The notes below the pieces were generated by a model. It ran no database searches, was not told the origin of the DNA, and saw only the letters and a list, made by a program, of their open reading frames with translations. DNA of 64,000 bases from Candidatus Poribacteria bacterium (lineage in GTDB: Bacteria; Poribacteria; WGA-4E; PCPOR2b), in assembly GCA_965116925.1 (NCBI GenBank), contig OZ220744.1, forward strand, positions 2,272,001 to 2,336,000, read 5' to 3'. The position numbers were made by a program, and so were the translations under genes. Shown here piece after piece: positions 38,839-48,252 of the stretch (the first letter of the stretch is position 1; every line of letters begins with the position of its first letter).

Positions 38839-40102
38839 TTTTGGGGACACCAATATGAAAGACACAGTTCGATTTGGTGATTTCGTTGAGGTTAATCCAC
38901 GTGTCCGATTAGAGAAGGGCAAAGAATACCCGTATGTTGAAATGGCTGCAGTCATTCCAGGCAATGGATTTGTCGCACCTAATGAGAAGCGAGTCTACAA
39001 AGGTGGAGGTTCACGATTCCAATCGGGTGATATCCTTTTTGCTCGTATTACCCCCTGTTTAGAAAATGGAAAGATTGCTCAATTCAATTACACTGGTGAT
39101 CAACCTTGTTTTGGATCAACGGAGTTTTTCGTTTTTCGTGGCAAGCCTAATGTATCAGATTCAACCTATATTTCTTATTTAGCTGTTAGCAGTCTAATTC
39201 GAGATCCCGCTGAAAAAAGTATGACGGGTGCAACAGGGCGTCAACGAGCCATTTTGTCAGCAGTTGAAGATATTTGTGTTCCAGTTGTTCCTCTCCCCAC
39301 CCAACGCAAAATCGCCGCAGTCCTCAGTGCCTACGACGACCTCATTGAGAACAACACCCGCCGCATCGAAATCCTTGAGGAGATGGCGAAAGCAATCTAC
39401 CGAGAATGGTTTGTCGAATTCCGCTTTCCGGGACATGAGCAGGTGCCGATGGTGGAGTCGGAGTTGGGCTTGATACCGGAGGGGTGGGAGGTTAAACAGC
39501 TTGGTGATGTCACCTCGGTTATCACTAAAGGCACAACTCCTACGACTTTAGGTAAACAGTTTACTAGTGAGGGAATAAACTTCATCAAAGTTCAATCTAT
39601 AGATGAGCAAGGGGATATTTTAGATAGCAAGCTCGCCAAGATAGATAATAAAACCCACGAGTTGCTCAAGAGGTCTCAATTACAAGAGAATGATATTTTG
39701 TTTTCTATTGCCGGGGCAATTGGACGTGTAGCTACTGTTCCCAGAAGATTTTTGCCAGCAAATACTAATCAAGCTCTCGCAATAATACGATCATCAGACC
39801 TATTTGTTACATCATACCTCTACCGAACTCTGCGTTCTTGGGAATTTCTTAACTATAGTCTTGAGCGTGTCGTTCAAACAGCACAAGCAAATGTGAGTCT
39901 ATCTGTTTTATCATCTGCCCCTGTTATCATGCCAACGAAGATAGTACTTGACGATTTTAATAAGCATCTGACTCCAATTACCAGCCTCGCTGATATGCTT
40001 AGAGAAAAAAACGCCAACCTCCGCCAAACCCGAGATCTACTGCTCCCGAAACTGATTTCAGGGGAGATAGACGTATCCAAACTTGATATTGACACCGACT
40101 GA
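38828..40102 (+). CDS. hsdS: Type I R-M specificity subunit S
   Basis: Two TRDs with conserved LPTQRKIAAVLSAYDDLIENN...IPEGW and LRQTRDLLLPKLISGEIDV. Confidence 0.95.
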   Translation: MSNNFGDTNMKDTVRFGDFVEVNPRVRLEKGKEYPYVEMAAVIPGNGFVAPNEKRVYKGGGSRFQSGDILFARITPCLENGKIAQFNYTGDQPCFGSTEFFVFRGKPNVSDSTYISYLAVSSLIRDPAEKSMTGATGRQRAILSAVEDICVPVVPLPTQRKIAAVLSAYDDLIENNTRRIEILEEMAKAIYREWFVEFRFPGHEQVPMVESELGLIPEGWEVKQLGDVTSVITKGTTPTTLGKQFTSEGINFIKVQSIDEQGDILDSKLAKIDNKTHELLKRSQLQENDILFSIAGAIGRVATVPRRFLPANTNQALAIIRSSDLFVTSYLYRTLRSWEFLNYSLERVVQTAQANVSLSVLSSAPVIMPTKIVLDDFNKHLTPITSLADMLREKNANLRQTRDLLLPKLISGEIDVSKLDIDTD

Positions 40103-40130
40103 TACGATACCCCAAAAGGAGAATAAACCC

Positions 40131-40358
40131 ATGCAACCCGGCCCCCTGCAACAATGGACAGATCGAATTGTTATTGACGAAGCAGTTCTGACTGGAAAGC
40201 CTGTTATCAAAGGCACCCGTTTAGCCGTTATGTTTATTCTTGAATTGCTAGAACGTGGTTGGAGCGAGGCAGAGGTTCTCGATAATTATCCCGGTATTGA
40301 ACGTGAAGACATTGCCGCATGTCTTGCGTATCAAAAGAAGATAAAAGGAAGTGATTGA
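40131..40358 (+). CDS. DUF433 family (antitoxin-like) protein
   Basis: GKPVIKGTRLAV..ILE.L..G.S..E.LDNYP.I..EDI.ACLAY; RBS AGGAG. Confidence 0.85.
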   Translation: MQPGPLQQWTDRIVIDEAVLTGKPVIKGTRLAVMFILELLERGWSEAEVLDNYPGIEREDIAACLAYQKKIKGSD

Positions 40359-40359
40359 A

Positions 40360-40617
40360 ATGAATTTAACCGTTGAATTAACAACCGATCAAGTCGTTGG
40401 TTTTGTCCAACAGATGCCGCCAGAGGAGAGGCGGACACTACTGCTTGCAATTGCAGAACAGGCAGCAGCCAATCGAGAGGCACGTATAGACCATGCTGAA
40501 GCGCAGTTTCGGCAGTTATGCACAGATCGGGGGTTGGATTGGGATGCGATGACCGAAGCAGAGCGTGAAAATTTTGTTGATGACCTCATCCACGAGGACC
40601 GCGAATGCGACCGATAG
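40360..40617 (+). CDS. Small hypothetical protein, putative antitoxin of the downstream PIN toxin
   Basis: Acidic ~85-aa ORF overlapping the PIN start. Confidence 0.6.
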   Translation: MNLTVELTTDQVVGFVQQMPPEERRTLLLAIAEQAAANREARIDHAEAQFRQLCTDRGLDWDAMTEAERENFVDDLIHEDRECDR

Positions 40618-41018
40618 CCGTTTACGATACAAACATTCTGTTGTCGGGCGTCGGTTGGAGGGGCAGCCCTCATCGCTGTCTTGAACTGGCGCGACAGGGC
40701 AGCGTTGAAGGATTGACCTGTTCTGAAATACTGGATGAATTGGCAGAAAAACTAACGACTAAACTCAAATTTTCGATCTCCGAAACTACAGATATCATCG
40801 CAGATCTCCTCGGTTTCTTACGGATAATCAAGATTACTAACACACTCAAAGCCATCCCCACCGATTCCGAAGACGACAAAATAATTGAATGTGCTGTTGT
40901 GGGATCGGCGACCCATATCGTGACCGGTGATCGCCGTCATTTGTTGCCACTCGATAGTTATCAAGGGATTCTTATCGTGACAGCCGCAGACTTTCTTGTA
41001 CAGTGTTCAGTTAATTAA
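40605..41018 (+). CDS. PIN-domain toxin (TIGR00305-like)
   Basis: YDTNILLS, E, D.EDDKIIECA, IVTGD..HLL. Confidence 0.88.
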   Translation: MRPIAVYDTNILLSGVGWRGSPHRCLELARQGSVEGLTCSEILDELAEKLTTKLKFSISETTDIIADLLGFLRIIKITNTLKAIPTDSEDDKIIECAVVGSATHIVTGDRRHLLPLDSYQGILIVTAADFLVQCSVN

Positions 41019-41027
41019 CGGTGAATC

Positions 41028-44000
41028 ATGCAGAACCCATACAGCGAAGACCAACTTGTAGAGCAACCCGCCATCGCCCTACTTGCAGAAATGGGGTGGG
41101 AGACGCTCGACTGTTACAGCGAATTCGATCAGGGTAGCAGTCCATTCGGCAGAGAGCACAAAGGCGAAGTCGTCCTGACAACGAGGTTACGCGCTGCCCT
41201 TGAACGACTCAACCCCGATGCGTCCGGCGTGACAATCGAGAAAGCGGTAGAGGAGTTGACCCGTTCCCGCGCCGCTATGAATCTTGTCGAAGCCAACTGG
41301 GAGATTTACAGTCTGCTAAAGGACGGCGTGAAGGTTACGGTTACTAACTCAGATGACGAAGGTGAGATCGTCGAAGACCTAAAGGTGATCGATTGGGAGA
41401 ATATAGGTAACAACGATTTCTTTTTGGCGTCACAGTTCTCGATTACCGGCGAGATGTACACCCGCAGACCCGACGCAATCGGCTTCATCAACGGTTTGCC
41501 GTTGGTGCTGATGGAGTTCAAACGGATTGACGAGAACGTCTACGCTGCCTATCACGACAATCTCAGGGACTATAAGGACACAATTCCTCACCTATTCTGG
41601 TACAACGCCCTAATTATCCTCTCCAACGGTTCAGAGAGCAGAGTCGGCAGCCTGACAGCGAGTTGGGAGCACTTCACCGAATGGAAACGCATTGAGGGTG
41701 AAGGTGAACAAGGAGAGGTTTCGTTGCCAAGAATGTTAAAAGGCATCTGCGATCACCGTCGGCTGTTGGACACCGTTGAGAATTTCACACTGTTCACGGA
41801 GGGGCAGGGTGCACTTATCAAGATCTTCGCCAAGAACCACCAATATCTCGGCGTGAACAACGCGATTGAAGGGCTCAGGCATATCAAATCCAATCAGGGG
41901 AAACTCGGTGTCTTCTGGCATACGCAAGGCTCAGGCAAGAGTATCTCAATGATTTTCTTTGCCCAGAAGGTGCTGCGGACGATGCCGGGTAACTGGACGT
42001 TTGTTATTGTTACAGACCGCAAAGAGTTGGACGCTCAGATCTATAAAAACTTTGCAGATTGCAGAGGGGTTGTTGCACAGCAAGAGGTTCATGCGGAAAA
42101 GGTGGAGCATCTCCGGCAACTCTTGAGTGAGGATCACCGCTACATCTTCACCCTCATCCAGAAGTTCCAGACGAATGCAGGGGAGAAACATCCCGTTCTC
42201 TCGGATCGATCAGACATCATCGTTATCACCGATGAATCGCACCGCAGCCAGTATCACACATTCGCGTTGAATATGCGGACGGCACTCCCCAACGCTGCAT
42301 TTATAGCGTTCACAGGCACGCCGTTAATCACAGGAGAAAAGGAAAAGACGCGAGAAGTTTTCGGGGATTACGTCTCAACTTACGACTTCAAGCAGTCGGT
42401 CGAGGACGGCGCGACTGTACCGCTCTACTATGAGAACCGAGTTGCCCCGGTGCTATTGAACAATGAGGATCTGAACGAAGAATTTGAGGGGATTCTTGAG
42501 GAGGCGGCACTTGACGAAACGCAGGAAAACAGGATTGAACAAGAATTTGCCAGACAGTACCATATCATCACGCGGGATGAACGCTTAGAAGATGTCGCGA
42601 GAGATATTGTCTCACACTTCATGGGACGGGGATACCGGGGCAAGGCGATGGTCATTTCAATAGACAAAGCCACCGCTGTCAGGATGTATGACAAGGTACA
42701 GAACTATTGGAGATATCATCTTGATGGGTTGAAGATAGCATTACGGAACGCCCCTGACGCTGGAGCGCGTGAGCCCCTTCAGGCAAAAATTCAGTATATG
42801 GAGGGGACCGATATGGCGGTGGTGGTCTCGCAGTCGCAGAACGAAATCGCCGATCTGAGAGAGAAGGGGGTAGACATCCTTCCACACCGGAAACGGATGA
42901 ATGATGAGGATCTGGACACAAAATTCAAAGACCCCGACGATCCGTTCCGTATCGTTTTCGTCTGTGCGATGTGGATGACCGGCTTTGATGTGCCCTCCTG
43001 TTCGACAATTTACTTGGACAAGCCACAGCGGAATCATACCTTGATGCAGACTATCGCCAGAGCGAACCGAGTGTTTGGGGATAAAGTCAACGGCTTGATT
43101 GTCGATTATATCGGCATCTTCCGAGATCTGGAAAGGGCATTGGCGATTTATGCCGAAGGCACCGACCCAGAGGGCAGTAACCCGATTCGGGATAAATCGG
43201 AACTTGTCGAGCAGCTCAGAGGGCAGGTTGCGGAGGTCAAAGAGTTTTGTGCGAATCTCGGTGTGGATCTCGCCAAAATTGAGGCAGCACAACCAAAAAC
43301 CTTTGAACGAATCCAGGGGATCGAGGAAACTGTAAATAACATATTGGTCAACGATGAGACCAAGGGGGATTACCTGCAACGCGCAAATCACATCTTCAAG
43401 TTATACAAGGCGATTCTACCCGATGCCGCAGCGAATGAGTTCAGGGGAACTTGCTCTCTCACTAAAACCATCGCACAGCGTATTAGAACCCTGATCCCAT
43501 TGGTAGATCCCTCCGATGTAAGGACAGAGATCGAGGACTTACTGGATAGGTCAATAGTGCCGACTGATTATGTAGCGGAGGCTACCGGCGACTATGAAAC
43601 GGATGAGATGGTCGATTTAAGTCAGATTGATTTCGATCGACTCCGCGAAAGATTCACAGCGCAACACAAACAGATTGAAGTAGAAAGGCTGAGGGGGAGA
43701 ATAAATAGGCGGCTATCTCAGATGATCCGTTTCAACAAAACCCGAATGGATTATCGGGAGAAATTCGAGCGGATGATAGCGGAATATAACGAAGGCTCTG
43801 TTGACGCTACGCGAGTCTGGGAGAGACTGGTTACGTTGGTTGAAGAACTCAACGAGGAGGATCAACGCACCATCGCCGAACAACTCTCTGAGGAGGAATT
43901 AACGGTATTTGATCTGCTGACTCAACCTGCGCTAGATGAACATGAGTTGACGGAAGCGGAGAGAGATGAGGTGAAAGCAGTATCGAAAAAGTTGCTCGAT

Positions 44001-44207
44001 ACGCTCAAACGGGAGAAGTTGGTCTTGGATTGGCGCAAACGGCAACAATCACGCGCTGCAGTCAGGCTTGCTGTTGAAGAAATTCTTGATGAATTACCGG
44101 AATGTTATACGCCGCAGATATATACTCAGAAATGCGAAGCGGTGTATCACCACATTTACGAATCTTACTTCGGAGAGGATGATAGTATTTATAGGGTTGC
44201 AGCGTAG
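41028..44207 (+). CDS. hsdR: Type I R-M restriction subunit R
   Basis: RPD...NGLPLVLMEFK nuclease motif, WHTQGSGKS, DESHRSQY, FTGTP, MWMTGFD, QTIARANR. Confidence 0.96.
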   Translation: MQNPYSEDQLVEQPAIALLAEMGWETLDCYSEFDQGSSPFGREHKGEVVLTTRLRAALERLNPDASGVTIEKAVEELTRSRAAMNLVEANWEIYSLLKDGVKVTVTNSDDEGEIVEDLKVIDWENIGNNDFFLASQFSITGEMYTRRPDAIGFINGLPLVLMEFKRIDENVYAAYHDNLRDYKDTIPHLFWYNALIILSNGSESRVGSLTASWEHFTEWKRIEGEGEQGEVSLPRMLKGICDHRRLLDTVENFTLFTEGQGALIKIFAKNHQYLGVNNAIEGLRHIKSNQGKLGVFWHTQGSGKSISMIFFAQKVLRTMPGNWTFVIVTDRKELDAQIYKNFADCRGVVAQQEVHAEKVEHLRQLLSEDHRYIFTLIQKFQTNAGEKHPVLSDRSDIIVITDESHRSQYHTFALNMRTALPNAAFIAFTGTPLITGEKEKTREVFGDYVSTYDFKQSVEDGATVPLYYENRVAPVLLNNEDLNEEFEGILEEAALDETQENRIEQEFARQYHIITRDERLEDVARDIVSHFMGRGYRGKAMVISIDKATAVRMYDKVQNYWRYHLDGLKIALRNAPDAGAREPLQAKIQYMEGTDMAVVVSQSQNEIADLREKGVDILPHRKRMNDEDLDTKFKDPDDPFRIVFVCAMWMTGFDVPSCSTIYLDKPQRNHTLMQTIARANRVFGDKVNGLIVDYIGIFRDLERALAIYAEGTDPEGSNPIRDKSELVEQLRGQVAEVKEFCANLGVDLAKIEAAQPKTFERIQGIEETVNNILVNDETKGDYLQRANHIFKLYKAILPDAAANEFRGTCSLTKTIAQRIRTLIPLVDPSDVRTEIEDLLDRSIVPTDYVAEATGDYETDEMVDLSQIDFDRLRERFTAQHKQIEVERLRGRINRRLSQMIRFNKTRMDYREKFERMIAEYNEGSVDATRVWERLVTLVEELNEEDQRTIAEQLSEEELTVFDLLTQPALDEHELTEAERDEVKAVSKKLLDTLKREKLVLDWRKRQQSRAAVRLAVEEILDELPECYTPQIYTQKCEAVYHHIYESYFGEDDSIYRVAA

Positions 44208-44237
44208 TTGCTGGTTACGGTAAAATGTCAACAAAAC

Positions 44238-44356
44238 CTAGTACTCAGTCATATAAGTTTTGCATATCAACAAGGGGGTCGGGTGACCCGACCCCTACGA
44301 AGTATTATGAGTCTCAATCCATATAGACAATCATAATTTGCCTGACAGTGTACTAG
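44238..44356. mobile_element. CTAG-ended MITE-like element containing a REP hairpin
   Basis: CTAGTACTCAGTCA...TGACAGTGTACTAG imperfect inverted ends; internal GGGTCGGGTGACCCGACCCCTAC. Confidence 0.6.
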
Positions 44357-44523
44357 TACATTGCCAGATAAATGTAGCGCAAACTGTATGAAAATTAAAA
44401 AAACAGTTCGGTAATTTGCTAGCGACGCCGGCGCGGTTGAAAACCGCGCCTACCATATATTTGGAGGAAAATCGGGATTACCGATTTAAATACTTAAACA
44501 TAACATTTTAAGTTGAATCGAGT

Positions 44524-45585
44524 ATGAGAATTCTAGAGCGATATGTTTTAATTGAATACCTCAGAACTTTCGTGTTGGCACTAGCCTTTTTCATTGCGCT
44601 GGTCGTTCTTGTCCGGTTGCTTGACAAGGATATTAAGCGTTTTGATGAGGAGATGTCTTATCTCACAGCGGTTCAGATTGTGCTGTTTCAAGCTCCTCGA
44701 CGGATAATGGAGGTTATTCCGTTGGCGAGTTTTCTTGCCATCTTCTTTGTTTTGGGACGAAAGGTTCAAAACAACGAGTTGGCCGCTATGCAGACCGCCG
44801 GCATTAGCATTTATCGCCTGCTCATTCCAATTCTCGTGTCCATGCTTTTGGTCTGCATGGCTTTTGTGATTTTCTATGATCAGGTTGCTTCGCCTGCGTA
44901 TCATCACGCCAATCAGTTACAGAAGCGGATCCGTTTGCGTCGGAGTCGAAATGTTGTCTTCAAGGGGCAGCATAATCGATTGTTCTACATCCAGAATCTT
45001 GATTTGGAAAATAGAACGATAGATCGGATGACGATTTACGAATTGGACCAGAATGACAAGGTCACTCGGCAGATTTTTGCCGATTCAGCCACTTGGTCGC
45101 CGAACCAGTGGCATTTGTCGAAGGGATGGGTCCGTCGTTTTGAGGGAGCCTCCGAGGTCGGTTATGAATCGTTTGTAACCAAGCAGATCGAGCGAACAGA
45201 GGAACCGGAGCGTTTCGCCGGGAGCAATAAACGCCTGCCGGCGATGACAATGGGAGAGCTACGGCAGCAGATACAATACAAACAGATTGCGGGCCAAGTG
45301 ACACGGCGTGAGGAGGTCAAATTGCACCATAAAATAGCCTACCCGTTTGCAGCGTTTGTTGTGATCCTGATTGGCGCCCCGATCTCGATCCGCTTTGGCG
45401 GTGCCGGATTTTTTGCTGGGCTGCTTGTTGCCTTCTTCCTCGTTTTTATATATTGGGGAATTTCACTGGCAACGCTTGAAGGGCTCGGTGAAAATGGGAA
45501 ACTACCGCCGATTGTTGCTTGTTGGGGTGCGAATGTGCTTTACGCAACTATCGGAGGCATTCTGATTTGGAAGATGCCTAAGTGA
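44524..45585 (+). CDS. lptG: LPS export ABC permease, LptF/LptG family (LptG-like)
   Basis: MRILERY, NNELAAMQTAGIS, HHKIAYPFA, LPPIVACWGAN. Confidence 0.85.
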   Translation: MRILERYVLIEYLRTFVLALAFFIALVVLVRLLDKDIKRFDEEMSYLTAVQIVLFQAPRRIMEVIPLASFLAIFFVLGRKVQNNELAAMQTAGISIYRLLIPILVSMLLVCMAFVIFYDQVASPAYHHANQLQKRIRLRRSRNVVFKGQHNRLFYIQNLDLENRTIDRMTIYELDQNDKVTRQIFADSATWSPNQWHLSKGWVRRFEGASEVGYESFVTKQIERTEEPERFAGSNKRLPAMTMGELRQQIQYKQIAGQVTRREEVKLHHKIAYPFAAFVVILIGAPISIRFGGAGFFAGLLVAFFLVFIYWGISLATLEGLGENGKLPPIVACWGANVLYATIGGILIWKMPK

Positions 45586-45599
45586 GCTGAGAGAGTGAG

Positions 45600-46216
45600 A
45601 TGTTCAGGATTGCCAAATCTATCACGTTTCACATCTTGCGCTTCACCCCCGCGATTGGTCGCCTGCTCTTTCGGCTGCGCAGCCTCACCGCCCTCCCGTT
45701 TATATTGGTTGTAATCTATTTTTCCCGTCCTACATTCACTTCCGCGCTGATAGGTGCGGTCCCTTTGATTCTCGGTGAGTTCTTGCGTCTGTGGGCGGTG
45801 GGCTATGCCGGTGGAGCGACTCGTTCGCGGACCTTGGGGCTGCCAGCGATCTTGTGACGACGGGCCCCTATGCACATGTCCGTAATCCGCTCTATTTGGG
45901 AAATTTGTTACTCAGTCTCGGTGTCTGCGTTATTGCGAATGCTTACTGGATGATTATTGTACTGCTAGTAGGGTATTTTATCCAGTACCTGCCGATTATC
46001 ACATCCGAAGAGGCATACCTACGTGAATTTTGTGGGACAACGTATCAGACCTATTATGCGGCTGTTCCTAGATTCATTCCCTGTCTGCGCAGCTATGCCA
46101 ATCCCTCTACACACAGTTTTTCACTCTCTCGGGCACTCAAAGCTGAAAAGCGGACGTTAACGGCAATTGCTTGCGTAGTAGGATTCATTGTGGGTAAGGC
46201 TATGTTAGTTGATTAG
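45600..46216 (+). pseudogene. ICMT/PEMT-family membrane methyltransferase, split by a 1-bp frameshift near 45835
   Basis: Frame 1 ...GEFLRLWAVGYAGGATRSRTLG; frame 2 AASDLVTTGPYAHVRNPLYLG...EEAYL...Y..AVPRFIP. Confidence 0.8.
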
Positions 46217-46230
46217 CTCATTAATAAGAA

Positions 46231-46346
46231 CAGGAGTTACGCACTTCAGATTGTAGTTGCCCGATTTATCGGGCGTTGGGAATAGTTGCCGGCGGCGATT
46301 CATCGCCGAACTACAGTGCTTTGAGCGTTCAACTGCGTAAGTCCTA
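46231..46346. mobile_element. AGGA(C/G)TTACGCA-ended MITE with a 5-bp target duplication
   Basis: AAGAA|CAGGAGTTACGCACTTCAG...CAACTGCGTAAGTCCTA|AAGAA. Confidence 0.82.
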
Positions 46347-46562
46347 AAGAATCTCAACGATAAGATGAAGACAAGGTGCAACTGTTTGTAACTGTTTGTA
46401 ATACAATTAGCGGGCATGACGAAACGTTTCATGCTGAAATAGGGACAATTTTCCCATTTGCGCGGGAAAATTGGGAAAATTTGATTTTCACAGGCGAAAC
46501 CTAACCTTTTTAATCTCACTCATGCTACCTTAACACCTCATCTTTTCAGTGCAAAGGTCATT

Positions 46563-46669
46563 TATAGTGAATTCAAAAAATAAAGAAACACTTGCGCCCC
46601 CATGTTTGGTAGGCGCTGTTTCCAACTGCGCCGGTTCGGAGTGTCCCATTAATTCTAAAATCTACTATA
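46563..46669. mobile_element. Family A MITE (107 bp, reverse)
   Basis: TATAGTGAATTCAAAAAA...AAATCTACTATA. Confidence 0.82.
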
Positions 46670-46758
46670 GTTTTACTGTAGGAGGGATCTCCCGGTTGCG
46701 ACTTTTCAAACAAAATGGTTAAAAAGCCGAAAACTGAATAGTCCTAAGATTTTTTCTG

Positions 46759-46787
46759 TTGACATTTCAGAGACTTTTGATTAAGAT
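46759..46787 (+). promoter_or_regulatory. Sigma70-type promoter for the cox-like operon
   Basis: TTGACA-17 bp-TAAGAT. Confidence 0.6.
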
Positions 46788-46879
46788 AAGGTGCACAATA
46801 ACTATTTACCTAGTTTTCCAATACCCGTGTTGGGTATTTAGTGTGATAAAATCTCTCACTTTGAAAGGAGATTGATACT

Positions 46880-47758
46880 TTGCGAGCGTTTGAATATGTT
46901 CCCGCAAAAACTGTAGCTGAAGCTACCTCCTTGCTCGCCGAAAAAGGTGATCAAGCAAAACCCTTGGCCGGCGGAACAGATCTCATCGTTATGGTTCGGG
47001 AGAACCGGCGGCAGTTGGAACGGATGGTGGACATCAAGGACCTTCCTGAGACTAACGTGCTTTCATATTCCCCTGACACCGGTTTAGATCTCGGTGCGGC
47101 TGTTCCCTGTCATACAATCTACGCGGACGATGCCATCTCTGCCGCCTATCCTGGACTGATTGATGCTGCTAAGATTATTGGTGGAACCGCGATTCAAGGT
47201 AGAGCAAGTGTTGGTGGTAATCTGTGCAATGCCTCTCCCGCTGCGGATACGATCCCGCCGTTGATAGTGTTGGGTGCCACTTGTGTAATTGCTGGTCCAA
47301 ATGGATCGACACGCGAGGTTCCTGTAGAGGATTTCTGCACAGCACCAGGACAGACTGTCTTGGAAAAGGGAGAGCTTCTCGTATCGTTCAAGATTCCCGC
47401 CCCACCGACAAATTCGAGTTCGTTTTACCTCCGTTTTATCCCACGCAATGAAATGGATATCGCAGTTGTGGGTGCCGGTGCGTCGGTTGTTCTCGACGAC
47501 ACGAAGACCTCGATTGTCTCCGCGCGAATCGGGCTTGCTGCTGTCGCGCCAACGCCGTTGCTTGCTGAAGAAGCAGGTGCATCACTTGCTGGAAAGGAAA
47601 TTTCCGACGAAGCGATTAACGCTGCTGCCGAAGCGGCGCAGGCGATTGCGAGTCCGATCAGCGATATGCGTGGATCAGCTGAACAAAGAACACACCTTGT
47701 CGGTGTGTTGACCCGTCGTGCCTTAAACGGTGCAATTCAACGAGTGAAGGAGGCATAA
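46880..47758 (+). CDS. Xanthine dehydrogenase/CoxM-family FAD-binding subunit
   Basis: AGGTDL, ASVGGNLCNASPAAD, PISDMRGS. Confidence 0.92.
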   Translation: MRAFEYVPAKTVAEATSLLAEKGDQAKPLAGGTDLIVMVRENRRQLERMVDIKDLPETNVLSYSPDTGLDLGAAVPCHTIYADDAISAAYPGLIDAAKIIGGTAIQGRASVGGNLCNASPAADTIPPLIVLGATCVIAGPNGSTREVPVEDFCTAPGQTVLEKGELLVSFKIPAPPTNSSSFYLRFIPRNEMDIAVVGAGASVVLDDTKTSIVSARIGLAAVAPTPLLAEEAGASLAGKEISDEAINAAAEAAQAIASPISDMRGSAEQRTHLVGVLTRRALNGAIQRVKEA

Positions 47759-47764
47759 AAATAG

Positions 47765-48238
47765 ATGCCTAAAAAAGTCCACGTTCAAACAACGATTAAC
47801 GGTGAAACAGTTGAATATTTATGTGAACCTCGCCAGAGCTTGCTTGAAGTCTTGCGAGATGTACTTCATCTGACAGGTGCCAAGGAAGGTTGTAACAATG
47901 GCAACTGCGGTGCCTGTAGCGTGATTCTTGATGGGCGTCTGGTCAATTCGTGCTTGGTGCTTGGTGCTGAACTCGAAGGTAAATCGCTTGAAACGATTGA
48001 GGGGCTCGCCGAGCCGGACCAGCTTCATCCCATTCAAGATGCGTTTTTAGAAAATGCTGCGCTCCAATGTGGTATTTGCACGCCCGGCTTTATCATGGCG
48101 GCAAAGGCATTGTTAGATAACAACCCGAATCCAACAGAGCACGAAATCCGCTATTGGCTAGCGGGCAATCTGTGCCGTTGTACAGGATACGATAAAATTG
48201 TACGTGCTGTCCAAGATGCAGCGCAAACTACGTCTTAG
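47765..48238 (+). CDS. CoxS-family 2Fe-2S subunit
   Basis: GCNNGNCGAC...SC; QCGICTPG; NLCRCTGY. Confidence 0.94.
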   Translation: MPKKVHVQTTINGETVEYLCEPRQSLLEVLRDVLHLTGAKEGCNNGNCGACSVILDGRLVNSCLVLGAELEGKSLETIEGLAEPDQLHPIQDAFLENAALQCGICTPGFIMAAKALLDNNPNPTEHEIRYWLAGNLCRCTGYDKIVRAVQDAAQTTS

Positions 48239-48252
48239 GAGGTAGGTGCATA

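Noticed and set aside
33490..44523. Prophage, ICE or integron as the carrier of the islands
   Set aside because: No integrase, transposase, phage or conjugation genes, and no recognisable attC-like sites in the window.
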